38,935 nucleotides of DNA from Reclinomonas americana ATCC 50394 (taxonomy: Eukaryota): assembly GCA_048213135.1 (NCBI GenBank), contig PS015072.1, positions 157,221 to 196,155 on the forward strand, read 5' to 3'. Made by a program: the position numbers and the translations under genes. Below the pieces are notes generated by a model, which saw only the letters and a list, made by a program, of their open reading frames with translations, was not told the origin of the DNA and did not search any database. How positions within the stretch are numbered: position 1 is the first letter of the stretch; each line of letters starts with the position of its first letter. Below are positions 11,517 to 22,944 of this stretch, piece by piece.

Positions 11517-13614
11517 CCCCTTCCGCCATTTCTCCCTCGCTCACCGCTTCCCCCCTCGCCCAGTGCCTCCGCCTGCAGCTGCAACTGCTGTCCTACGTGC
11601 TGTCGATTCTGCCTGGGTTTGCGTCGCTCGCTCGCCTGCTTCACATCTCCACCCCCAAACCCTCACCCCTTTCCTCCCCAGTGGTGTGCAAGCCGTGGTC
11701 GACGAATCGTGGACATCGCAGGAGGTGCACCTGCTTCCGTCTGCCCTTCTCCCCCACTCGCACCAATTATCGCTCATTGCGCGCGCAGACCGTCGACAAG
11801 TTCGACATGATTGTGAAGCGCATGGCCGACATGCAGCAAATGGAGCTGCAGATGAATGAGAAGTGCGTCTCTCTCTCTTCTCCTGCCCTCTCTTCCTCGG
11901 TGTAACTCTCACCGCCTTCGTGTAGGCGCTCCACCATGTCATTCTTCATCCTCCACTACGTCCTGTCGGTGCGCATGGAGGGCATCTGGATGGACGCGCT
12001 GCAGGAAGACGGCGGCATGAAACGCTTTGCCGAGCGCAAGCACATGGACTTTACGGACCCGTGTGCCATTTGCGTTGCGTCTCCGTGTGTGCCAGTGCTT
12101 TGATTGCCAATCGCACGATCTTCCTCAATCCCCTCCACAGTACGCCCCCCTCAAATCCGACCACGGCGTGGTGCTGCGCTGCGAGCACGCCTTCCACTTC
12201 AACTGCATCGTGGCGTGGCTCGATCGCGTGCGCACGTGTCCCGTGTGCCGACAGCCGGTGCTTACGTCGGAGAGGCGGAGGTGGACCACTGTCGAGGCCA
12301 CGGTGCACGAGGTGCTCAGTCGGTCCATGCATGAGGATGCCGCGAGGGTGATTTGTTGCGTGCGAGGGTAGGAGGGGAGAGGGAGAGGGAGAGGGGAGAA
12401 GGAGAGGGAGGAGAAGGAAAAGAGACGATATGAAGGAGGGGATCTGACGCAGGGGGAGGCGAAGAGAATGGCCTCTGTTTGCCCTCTCCTTCCTCTTCCC
12501 CTTGTCGCCCCTCACCTTCCCTCTCCTCTGCAGCCCACTTCGTCTCGGTGATCGCCACTGTGATCATTCAACTACAGCGAACCATGTTGCGTGTCTCTCA
12601 TTCCCACCCTCCCCACCCTCCCCCGTCTCATCACTCCACCCATTCCCCTCCGTCCTCCTCTCATTCCCCATTCTCTTCCCCCACTCACTTCCCCCCTTTC
12701 TCTTCCTCTCTTCCCCCATTCTCTTCCCCATTCTCTTCCCCCATTCTCTTCCCCCCTTCTCTTCCCCGATTCTCTTCCCCCATTCTCTTCCCCCATTCTC
12801 TTCCCCCATTCTCTTCCCCCACTCTCTTCCTCCTCTCTTCCCCCATTCTCTTCCCCCTTCGTCTTCCCCCTTCGTCTTCCCCCTTCGTCTTCCCCCTTCG
12901 TCTTCCCCCTTCTCTTCCCCCATTCTCTTCCCCCATTCTCTTCCCCCACCCTTCCCTCTCTCTCCCCCTCTCTTCCCCCTCACTTCCTCCAACCCCCTTT
13001 CCCTCACTTCCCCCATTTCCAGCACGATCGCCCGCCGCTCCCCTCGCACTACCACCCTCGACCTCGTGCTCTTTACTCTCGACGCCATCCGCATCGTCCT
13101 ATTCGAGTTCACCTTTATCCGCGAGCTGGCCCAGGCCGCCATCCTCTGCTTCACCGACTATTCGTGGACCACGCGCATTCTGCTGGCGCTGGCGCTGCTC
13201 TTTGTGTGGAAGGTGCTGCACATGCTCGGCAATCGACTGGCCCTGCACCTGCGCGCCCCTCCCGCTCCCGCTCCCGCGCCCGCACCAGAGCAGGAGGGAG
13301 AGGAGGGCGAGGCGCCGGCCGGAGCTGTTGCTGCTGCACCTGCACCACCACCACCACCACCAGCTGCTGCCGCTCCCCAGCAGCAACAGCAGCAGCCGGT
13401 CGCCGTCGCCGCCCGGCCTCCGCCTCCGCCTCAACCCGCGCGTGCTGCCGCTGTGGAGGAGGTACAGCGAGTCATGCCACCGGCATCTGCCTCGTCTGCT
13501 GCCGCCGCCGGCGGCAGTGGTGCCGCACCACGCCGTCGACGAGTGCGTATTCGCGAAGAGAACGACACCTCCGACTCGGAGACCGACTCGGATGGGTCGC
13601 TCGGATTCAATTGA
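9001..13614 (+). CDS. Membrane-associated RING-H2 E3 ubiquitin ligase
   Basis: Exons 9001(or 8980)-9276, 11564-11616, 11682-11724, 11789-11862, 11926-12073, 12141-12354, 12534-12585, 13023-13614, all phase-consistent. RING-H2 CAIC|YAPLKSDHGVVLRCEHAFHFNCIVAWLDRVRTCPVC, with hydrophobic segments on both sides and a Pro/Ala/Gln-rich tail. The first intron spans gaps, so exons could be missing. Confidence 0.85.
9690..10620. repeat. Degenerate pyrimidine-rich minisatellite in RING gene intron 1
   Basis: Core ctcagtt(g)tctg(c/t)gctct and ttgactctcag recur many times at irregular ~30-80 bp spacing. Confidence 0.8.
10786..11379. other. Assembly gap (others at 1640-1755, 5544-5563, 9486-9505, 25868-25887, 28599-29083)
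   Basis: Runs of N, mostly flanked by microsatellites. Confidence 1.
12660..12945. repeat. 13-bp intronic minisatellite (CCCCCATTCTCTT / CCCCCTTCGTCTT variants)
   Basis: About 20 tandem units visible directly. Confidence 0.9.
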
Positions 13615-13678
13615 ACCCCACCACCCATTCACTGCTACTGTTATTGTCGTCGTGGTGCTGTATTTTTTCTCGTTTTGT

Positions 13679-16600
13679 TTACTCGGGCAGCGGTACCATG
13701 GGCGGCTGCAGTCGTTTCGCCGTGGACGAGGCCAGTGGCTCACGCGGTCCGAGGTGCATCGACGGTGGTCGAATCCACATGTTTTCCTCGGCATGCTCCT
13801 GCTTGTTGCTCTCTGCGGTGTCGACGCGTGGTGTGCGCGGTTTCAGCTTGATCAGCAGGTCCCAGTCCATGGTGGCCTGGCTGATCACCACCGGGAGCTG
13901 CAGGTGGAGATCTTCGGCCGTGTCGCGAGTCAGCTGCTGCTGCTCTTGCAGGATGAACCGTGGTGAGGTCATGAGCTGTGGGGGAGGGTAAGTGAGTGAG
14001 GGGAGTGGCACGAAGTGAGGAAGACGAGAGATGAGGTGAGGAAAACATAGGCAAAGAAGTGAAGAAGAACGAAGGGGAGGGCCGTATGAGAGAGTTGTCT
14101 GGTGGCGCACCTGATGCTCGGCCTGCATGACGCGGTCGGCGGGGGTGTTGGAGCGCTCGATCTGGGGTCGGAAGGTGCACTCGGTGGGCGAGCGCACCGA
14201 GTTGGAGAAGCAGCCGGGTGAGCGCACGCGCATGATCCAGGTGGCGTTGGGGTTGGGAGACTTGATGCGCGACTGTTTGGGTGTAAGAGAGAGACGGAGA
14301 CGATACAGCCTTCTCCTGCAACGCAACTCCTGGTCCTTCGCTGTAGCCGCGTGAGGATCGTACTGGTGTGCGCGACATGGAGCGCGAGGAACGTGCGGCC
14401 GGGGACACCGACTGACGCGTGGAGGAGCGCGAGGCATTCATCGGTGGCAGCTGTCCGTGGTACACGACACTGTCGTCGTCTCGGTCGTGTTCACCGACAC
14501 CATAGTCGTCTTCGTCTTCGTCGTATGACAGGCCGGCTCGCATGCGCAGTGGTGAGTGTCGCGGCATGTCACTGGCGTCGTCGACACGCGCAGAGCTGCC
14601 GGCAGTCGACGCGCCACCGGGACTGGCGTGCAGCGCAATATTCTTGGCGCGCAGTTTTTCGTTGCTACGCGTACGGCGCGGAGGATGAGTCAAAGGTGAG
14701 AAAGGGGTGGACAGGAGAAGGGATGGACGCAACAGAATGTGCTTTTGTGCCGTGGTGGGGAACAGCATACTGACGAGTGGAGTGGTGGCCTTTACAGCGC
14801 GCGCCACGGGGAGAAAGTTGGCGCGAGTGGATCTGCGCGGAAAACAAAAGGTGAGTATGCGCTGAAGTGCCTTACCCTCCCCCTGCTGCACGCAACGGTC
14901 GCCTGATCGAGTGTTGCTCCATGAGAAACAGGTCCTTGTAGGAAAAGTCGTCCACGGAGCGCATCTTGGCGGACTTGTCCTTGCGTCGTTGCGTGTTGAA
15001 GTAGTCGGTGCGGAAGAGCTTGCCTGTGGGGGGAGTGATTGAGAGGTAAGAGGAAGAAGGGGGAGTTGGGGGGGACGGGGCGAACCGAGAATCTCCTCAA
15101 TGGAGTGCACGATTCGTTGGTCGACCATTTTCCTCAGCAGTTCGGATACGAAGCGGTAGAAGGCCTGGAGGGGGGAAGGTTAAGGGGGAAGTGAGGGGAG
15201 GGGAGGAGAAAGGAGGGGGGAGAAGGAGACTCGTAGGTCACTATTGCACTTGTCAAGGGGAGAAGAAACGAAGGCAATGGAAAGTTGAAGGAGTGAAGGT
15301 GGAAGATGAAGGGAAGGAGGGGAGAGAAGGGAGAAGGGAGAAGGAAGCGCTGGAGAAGGAAAGGGAAAGATCCACTGTGTTGCTCTCTTTCTCTTCCCCT
15401 TTCTCAGAGAGCAAGGGAGGATGGGAGGGCAAAAGACCAGTGCTGTTTCTTCTCAAAAGTGCTCTTCTTGGCAGTGGCTCTGAGTTGCTTGTCCTCCCAG
15501 AATTTATAGGAGGAAAAAAGTGGGGCGTGGGACAAAGGACGAGTGTTGTCTTGTCGGCAGTGCACCATTGCTCTGTCGCTGCTCTGAACTGCATATGCAA
15601 CCTCCCCTCTCTTAGAAAATGCGAGAGAGAAACAGACGCCGAGGAGAAGAGGAGGAATGTCTGGAGTGCACTTCTCAGCAGCGCAGAATCACAGTGTGCT
15701 CTGCATTGCCTTTTCCTCTTCATACTCTCTGAAGATGGAGGATGCAAAAAGAGTTGCAATGTCCACGTCTTTCTGAGTGCTCTTCTCGGCAGTGCTGTGA
15801 TGCAACGCTGCTCTGACTTGCAGATTTGCTCTTCAACTTTCTTCGAAGATGCCGGAGAGGGAGATGAGAAGAAGCACACAAAGAGAGTTTCCTGGCGAAC
15901 TGCTCGCTCTCTTCTTTCTCCTCTCCTCCCCTTGCCCTCTTCTCATCCCATTGCCCTCTCCACCCACCTCAAAGAACGCGCGATCCGTGTTGGGCTTGCG
16001 GAACGTCGACATGCGACTGACAATGACGCAGTACTTGACCGCCAGCTGCATGCCACAACCACCGTCAGTCTCTCCCCGAACACTTGACCTTCGTTCTCAC
16101 GACGCACCTCTCGAATGGCCTCCGACTCGGCCTGCTCGAGTTCCTCCAGCACCGGGTCGCGGGCAGGAGTCTGGGGACCGGAGAAGCGCCGGGCGGCCAG
16201 TCTGTGCGCGAAGGGTGGTGAAGGTGAGCAACTGAGGGTGACCACTTCACGAATTCGAGCGCAACTTGTCGAGCGTGCCTGGCGAGTGGCCCGCCTCGTC
16301 GGCCGCCGCCTGTCGCAGCAGCGCCTGCTGTGCGTTGTGCGCCTCGCGTTTGATTTGGCACTCGATGACCTCCACGAGCTTGGTGATGAACGACAGGGCC
16401 GTTTCTGTGCAATGGTGAGTGTGTTGACAAGGGTGGTAATGAGGCAGGGATGTGACTTGCCTGACTGCAGAAACCGCGTGAATCGGAGGCTGTGCATGCG
16501 GGCGGGAAGCGAGCTGAAGGCCTCCTCTGGCAACAAGGGTGTGAGGTTGCGCTCCAAAATTTTCTCACCCTCTCTCTCAAGGTTGCTCACCAATCTTCTG

Positions 16601-17678
16601 CTTCAGGTCCTCCGAGCGCGTCATCGGAACCGTCGCCGCTCCTCTCCTCCTGCTCTTCCTGCAGGCGGACACAAGTTCAGCAACAGTGGATAGAAGTGAG
16701 AATAAACAAGAGGCACCTTCTTCCTCTCACGATACAGCAAAGAACGGACTCTTTCTCTCTCTCTCTTGATAGTTCTTTTCTTTCACATTGTTTTCAAGAA
16801 GAAGAGCAAGAACCCCACGACTTTGCATGCCCTCCTCATGCTTTTCTCTCTCTCTCTCTGTCTCTCAAACCCTTCTTTTTCTCTTCCTCAGCTCTTCGTA
16901 CACATGAAGAGAAGAATCCGACTCTCGTTTTCCTCCAAGCTCCCTTTTACTCTCTCTATGCTCAAGCATGTATATGTGGATGGTGTGTCACTGCTCAGAA
17001 ACTTCACTCTCCATTCCCTTTTCTCACATAGCTCTTTTCCTAAAGAAACAGGATTAAAATCGGACACTGCCTTGCCTCCGAGCTCTCTTCCTCTCTCTGC
17101 GATCGCGCGTATATGTTCGTGCCTGAGCGTGACTGTGTCTGACACGGCGATACTACACACTGCCCTTTCAGTCCACTCAAGAAGCGAATAGACGACGAAA
17201 ACAAGGGGGGAATCGGACTCTTCCTTGCCTCCAAGCTCTCTTTCTCTCTCTGTGCTCGTCTGCGCAGGCACATGCGTGGCACTTATCGATTCTTCACTCT
17301 TCTAACCTCTCACAAAGCACATTATGAAAAGAAAATAAAAAAAATCCGACACTTCCAAGCCCTCTTTTTGTCTCTCTCTGCGATCGTGCGTGTATATGTT
17401 TGTATGCACCTGTGGCACTAATCGACATATTGCTCCCTTTCCCTCCTCTCACGCAGCACACTAATTCACAGAAAAAAGAGAAAATCCGACTCTCCCTTGC
17501 CACCTTGTTCTCTTTCTGTCTCTGTGCTCGTCTGCGCAGGCACATGTGTGGCACTAAGCGATGACTCTCTCCTTTCCTATTCTCCCACACATATACAGAG
17601 AAAGAGAGATCAATAAACCCCACTGTCTCTCTTTCTCTCTTTGTCACGCAACGTCGTCGATGACGCGCCCGACATCAT
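13679..17678 (-). CDS. PPP1R36-like (PPPI_inhib family) protein, 12 exons
   Basis: Exons 17653-17678, 16591-16658, 16461-16526, 16266-16404, 16108-16201, 15968-16045, 15086-15164, 14897-15023, 14734-14832, 14307-14664, 14111-14272, 13679-13975. The spliced core LAVKYCVIV...DRAFFEAFYRFV...IEEILGKLFRTDYFN...TPLVSMLFP resembles the PPP1R36 motifs FFExLYxF...IExExGRLFRxxxFN and SPxxSxLLP (recalled, not searched). Confidence 0.7.
15430..15830. repeat. Degenerate ~90-120 bp tandem repeat in an intron of the PPP1R36-like gene
   Basis: agtgc(t/a)cttct(c/t)(g/a)gcag(t/c)g...gctctg recurs near 15460, 15550, 15665 and 15777. Confidence 0.55.
16910..17570. repeat. Degenerate ~132-153 bp tandem repeat with alternating A/B units in intron 1 of the PPP1R36-like gene
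   Basis: aatc(c/g)gac anchor at 16915, 17058, 17211, 17343 and 17483. Confidence 0.8.
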
Positions 17679-17841
17679 ACTCGACTGACTCGGCGAGCCT
17701 GCCTCACTTCCAATGTGAATCATTTGTGTGTGTGAGAGCGTTTCTTTGAGAAACTGAGAGGAAACGGCTTCTTTGTACGACTGGCGTTCGCTGACTGGAG
17801 CGGACGGTGGAATCACGCTGATTGACTTTGTGAGTGAGAGA

Positions 17842-17970
17842 ATGCCGCCTGTGCTTGGTCGTGTTGGTGGTTTTGTGGCGCGCTCAGCAGTTGCGTGTGT
17901 GTGTGAGAGAGAGGAGAGATGGTGAAGAGGGGGGGAGAGAAGGGGCGGGGAGATGTGCGATGTAGTGTGC

Positions 17971-18015
<45 letters not shown>

Positions 18016-18129
18016 GTGAGTGTGTGAGTGAGAGTGTGTGTGTGTGAGTGAGTGTGAGAGAGTGAGACTGAAGATTGCACAATCTCATTGAGATGCTGCA
18101 TGTGAGTCGCACACTTTCACTCTCTCACT

Positions 18130-18163
<34 letters not shown>

Positions 18164-19359
18164 CACAGAGATAGAGTGAGAGAGCGTGTGCACTTGTGTG
18201 AGAGTGAGTGAGTGCGAGTTAGATTGCGCAATCCCATTGAGATGCAAGTGAGTCTCTCTTTTCTCTCTCTCTTTTTCCCTCCCTCCCTCCCTCTCGCACA
18301 CACAGAGACTGAGGCCTCTCAATCTCAAGGCATGATCGTTGCACAAACAGCCCACTGTCTCTCACTCTCACTCTCACATTGCCTGCGTCAATCACGCAGT
18401 CGTGTTCTCTGCTCTCTTCTTTCTCCTCTCCTTGTCTCACTCACTCGCACACGATAATGCATGGTACCAAGCACGCCTTCTTTCGCAACATTCGCCCCCT
18501 CTCCATCCTCCTCTTTCTCACGCACACTCTTTTGTCCTTCGGCCTCTTGTCTCCTCCCCTCTCCTCGCCCTACTCACTCACAGGCACAAGAATGCATGGT
18601 ACCAAGCACGCCTTCTTGCACAACATTCGCCCCCTCTTCCTTCCTCCTCTTTCTCACGCACTCTCCTTTCCTTCGCCCTCCCCTCTTCTCACTCGCATGC
18701 GACGCATATTGACTGCGATAATGCAAGGTGCAAAGCACGCCCTCTTTCACAACCTTCCCGTCACATCCTCCCCTCCTCCTCTTTCTCACCCACACTCTCC
18801 TTTCCTTCGCCCTCCCCTCTTCTCACTCGCATGCGACGCACATTGACTGCGATAATGCAAGGTGCAAAGCACGCCCTCTTTCACAACCTTCCCGTCACAT
18901 TCACACCCTCTTCTTCCTCCTCTTTCTCACACACATTCTCCTGTCCTTCACCCTCTCACCTCTTCTCCTTTCTCACGACTGCAGTATGACGGCAGCCTCG
19001 CAGTCCCTCAGTCGCACTCTCCTCCCTCCTCACTCGCCTCTCCTATCTCGCTCACGTACGACACACATTGACTGCGACTGTATGTGAATTCACTATGTAC
19101 TCCTCCATTCATCGCCCTCATTCTCTCCTCTCTCCTTCTCCTCTCTTGCATCTCTCATACCTTCTCCTTCTCACTCTCTTCCCCTTCCTCTCAGGGTGGC
19201 AGCGGCAGCAGCAGCGGTCGCCAGGAGCTGAAGCGACTGAAGGGAGTGACGGACGCGGTGGTGGTGGGATTGGTGGCTCTGTTTGCGATTGATGTGGGAC
19301 ACGATATTGCGAGTGGTCGCACGGTGAGTGGGGGGAAGTGGATGCAGCACTTGAAATAG
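17842..19359 (+). CDS. Small (~70 aa) single-TM hypothetical protein, two exons
   Basis: Exon 1 17842-17889 MPPVLGRVGGFVARSA|GTTGCGT. Intron 17890-19194 ends in a polypyrimidine tract and CAG. Exon 2 19195-19359 reads GGSGSSSGRQELKRLKGVTDAVVVGLVALFAIDVGHDIASGRTVSGGKWMQHLK*. A possible extra donor at 19324 makes the 3' end uncertain. Confidence 0.55.
18450..18960. repeat. ~130-135 bp tandem repeat, 4 copies (two near-identical pairs), intronic
   Basis: aatgca(t/a)ggt(ac/gc)(c/a)aagcacgcc at 18456, 18591, 18720 and 18854. Confidence 0.9.
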
Positions 19360-20463
19360 AGCTGGATACTGTTGTCGACTCCCCGGAGTTATGCATTGGA
19401 GTGATAACATGTCTCTCTTGTTGTTTTGGAGTACTGCATGCGTGCTTTGTCACCTTGCGGCGTCTGCCACGCCTCAGTATTCATGAGCGTGCACCATCAC
19501 TCTCATTTCATCTTCCTGTACTTCTGCATGTTGTGGCTGTTCTTTCCTATCGCGCTCCTCTGCATCTCCCCCCGTGCTTTCTTCGGGTGTTCGTGTCCTT
19601 CCTCACCTGCGACGCATGTTATTGTTGCTCGTTTTTTCTGTTTTGCTCTCTGTCAGTGCTTCTTTGTCCTTTCAGCGATTGCCACGCTGCAGTATTCGTA
19701 CCTTGCGCACTCTCCGATATTTTCTGCACTTTGTCATCTGCCACGCGGGATTTCGCTGCTGTCCTCCTTGTTCGAGTTCCTTCTCCTTCTCCTCTCTCCA
19801 TGCTTCTGCGACTGCCTTGGTGAGTGTTGCCACTTCGCTCTCACTCCTCTTCCATGTCCATCCGGCGTGTATCTCGCAAGGAATTGCGCTGCGCAGTCCT
19901 CGTTGTTCCTCTTTGCTCTCTTCACCACACCCCGTGCTTCTCCGTCATTCGTCATCTGCCTCGCTGCAATCTCCATGGCTTTGCCACCTCGCTCTCTCTC
20001 CTCTTCCATGTCCATCCAGCGTCTCTCTTGCAAGGAATTGCACTTCGCTGTTCTTGCCGTTGCTGTTCGTTCCTTCACCTATCTCACTGCCTATTCGCCT
20101 GTCGCCCCATGAGTTGCTCCTGTCATTGCTCTTATCACTCGCAGTTGTTCACCTCTTTCGATACGTCTGCATGTGATACACGGGAATTTTCAATTCAATG
20201 CCCCTTTTGTTCCGTTTGCTCTCCACTTCTACCTCCCTTCCCCTCACTCAACTTCCCTTCCTCATTAATTCCTCTTTTCCCTCCCTTTTCACTCACCCAC
20301 CTTCCCTTCCTCCCCAACAAGGTGAAGCGCTCATCATCCGCCGAATAACCACCCCCCTTCCCCCCAAACCACCACTCGGCCTACTCCTTGCCGTCCTACC
20401 ACAATAAACGCCGACTGGATGATGATGATGTACCTCGCCTCTCCTCTCCTCGTCCCCATTCAA

Positions 20464-22523
20464 TCACCTCACCACCTTCAACAGCACCCGTCCCATCTCC
20501 ACACTCTCCTTCTGCTCCTCCTCCACCGCCGCCGCCGCCAACAACCCTACCGGCTGCTCCACTCGCACCACAATCCTCTTCGCAACACTCCTCCCATCAC
20601 GCAACCTACACGCCAACTGCTGCAGTGCGTCGTCGGCCAGCGATCCCGTCAATGCCGTGCCCTTCCTGCCGCCCGACTTGCCGCCACCGCCGCGCTGCAA
20701 CAACTCGAAGCGCTCCAGTTGCGGCTGCGCGGCGAGCCACGCCGAAAAGCGCGACGAGTTCGCCGCCGTCGCCGCCAACATGCGCAAGTTCACCAGGCTC
20801 ACCTCGCGGAGCTTCGGAAGCACCCACGCCGGATTCACAATGTCCTCCCTTCTCACTCTTCCTTCCCCCTCCCCTTCCTCTTCCTCCTCCTCCCCGCCGT
20901 CCTCATCACGAAAGCCCTCCACCAACGAGTCCAATGTCGTGAGCAGGGCGCACGAGTCGAGACGCAATCTCTCCAACGCCTGCAGCGCCGGCACCCAACA
21001 CCGCACAAACTCGCTGACGTGCGACAGGTGCACGGTGAGCTCGGTGAGCGGCGTCACTCCCACGCCACGAGCGCGCAGCACCGGCTCACAAAACTCCGCC
21101 GTCGGCGACCCCAAGGACATGCACCGCAGCGACGAATCCAGTGCCGGCTCCGTCAGGTCCTGAAAAAACGAGTTCCACTCGGCCGAGGCAATGTTGCGCA
21201 AGTTGGCGGCCAGCAGCGTGTGCAGGCGCGTCGGCACACGCAACAACTCCGGCAACAACTCCCCCTCCACTCGATTGCAGTCGGAGATGTCGAGCCGTAC
21301 CAGCTTGCGCATGGGCGTGCGCAACAGCAGCAGCAGCGTCGCCGTGTCAATCACGGTGCGCGCCACATTCAACTCGCACAGCGTCTCCGCCACAAACGTC
21401 AGCGACTGGAACTCGGCCAGTGGCAGCGAGTGGCACCCGCTGAGGTCGAGCACCTGCAGCTGCGTGCAGCGCGGCAGCTCGGGCGACAAGCTGATCAGGC
21501 CCGCGCACCCCGGCACCTCCAGCTTGATCAGGCGGCCGACGAGGGCTTCGACAAAGTGGAGGGTGCGGGCGGGGCGGTGCATGTTGAGGTGCACGGCGGT
21601 GAGGTGCGGGAAGCGTGCGAGGGCCTTGCGCATGGTGTTCATGTCGGCTTCGCGGAGGCAGGAGGACACGCGGGCGGAGGTGCTGGTGAGGGAAAGGGTG
21701 AGGGGAGGGGAAGGGAGAAGGAGGGGGTGGGGGGAGGGTGGACGCAACACGGCGCGGAGGACGGCTTCGTACCATTCGCGGCAGACGCGCATGCAGCGGG
21801 CGGCGTCTGGGGGGAGGAGAGGGAGGGAGGGAGAAGGATGGGGAAGATGAGGGAGGGAGGAAAGGGGAAGACAGGGAGGGGGAAGGGAGTAGAGGCACGA
21901 GAGAGAGAGATAGAGAGAGAAAGCAAGAGAGAGAAGAGGAGACAAGGGAGCGGCGGCAGTGAGGCACAGACAGCACAGCCTTCCCCATCCACACTGCACG
22001 GACATTCAAGTTATAGAAAAGAGACAGAGAGAAACTGCAGAGAGATGCCAAGTGCACCACTTCTGAAACAATGCGCAGAGATAACTGTGAGGAGGGGAAA
22101 GACATGGCTGGTGAGAGAAACTGCAGAGTGGTCTCAAGCGCGCAGCTTCCTCCAAATGCCTGCAGCAGAACAAACTGCGAGGAGACACAAAGTACAGAGC
22201 CTTCCCAATCAAAGATAAGGCGGAGATATCATTCAAGCAGGAGAGAACTGCAGAGAGGTCTCATGTGCACAGTTTCTTGCACAGAAACCGCCGCAAAGAG
22301 ACAACTGTGAGGAGGCACAAAGAGCAGAGCCTTTCCCATTGAAAAGATCTCACCGCTGACAGTCAAGGGAGAGAGACAAAGAGAAGACGAGGGGAGACTA
22401 CTGCAAGTCAGTGAGTACAGAGAACGGAAGCAGTCACCTTTCTGTCTCTCTCTCTTCCCCGTTTCTCTTCTTTTCCCACTCACATTCCTCTCCAGAGTTG
22501 CTGCAAGTCACCTCTCCCTCTCC

Positions 22524-22575
<52 letters not shown>

Positions 22576-22901
22576 CCTCCCTTCCACTCACCATCCAGTG
22601 ACAAAAACCGCATTGTAATCACAATCAACTCCACAGGCAACACACACCCATTCGCACTTGCACCCTCTTGCACTCTCCTCTCAGTCACCACAGTGGAAGA
22701 GGAAAGAGAGGAAGAGGCTTCTCTCTCTCCACTCTCACTCACTCTTTGCCTTTTCTCACGCGAGGAAGAGGAAGAGGAGGAGGGAGTCTTCTTCTTTGAG
22801 GAAGAGGAGGAGGAGGAAGAGGCAAGCATGAGTTGTCGCTGGCGAGCAAGACGCGCAGCTGTGATGGAGTCTGTGGTGTATGCTCGGCGTTTCTCGTCCA
22901 T
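20464..22901 (-). CDS. F-box / leucine-rich-repeat protein
   Basis: Exons 22592-22901, 21749-21806 and 20464-21682. Splicing restores the F-box LPVELIVITMRFLSLD|DAARCMRVCREWYEAV, followed by LxxLxLxxC repeats (LQVLDLSGC, LVRLDISDC, LERLRLDSC). Confidence 0.88.
21960..22410. repeat. Degenerate ~85-150 bp tandem repeat in F-box gene intron 1
   Basis: aactgcagag at 22033, 22119 and 22246; aactg(t/c)gaggag and cagagcc(t)ttccca also recur. Confidence 0.7.
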
Positions 22902-22944
22902 TTTTTGTGTGCGGGACAAGTCTGTGGTGGAGGTGAAGCGGAGG

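Noticed and set aside
9639-11905. Long Leu/Ser/Cys-rich ORFs (also 19426-20348 and 25648-26854)
   Set aside because: Products of pyrimidine-rich repeats and N-gaps that lack stop codons.
20419-22218. 599-aa + strand ORF
   Set aside because: Antisense shadow of the GC-rich F-box/LRR exon, with no domain features.
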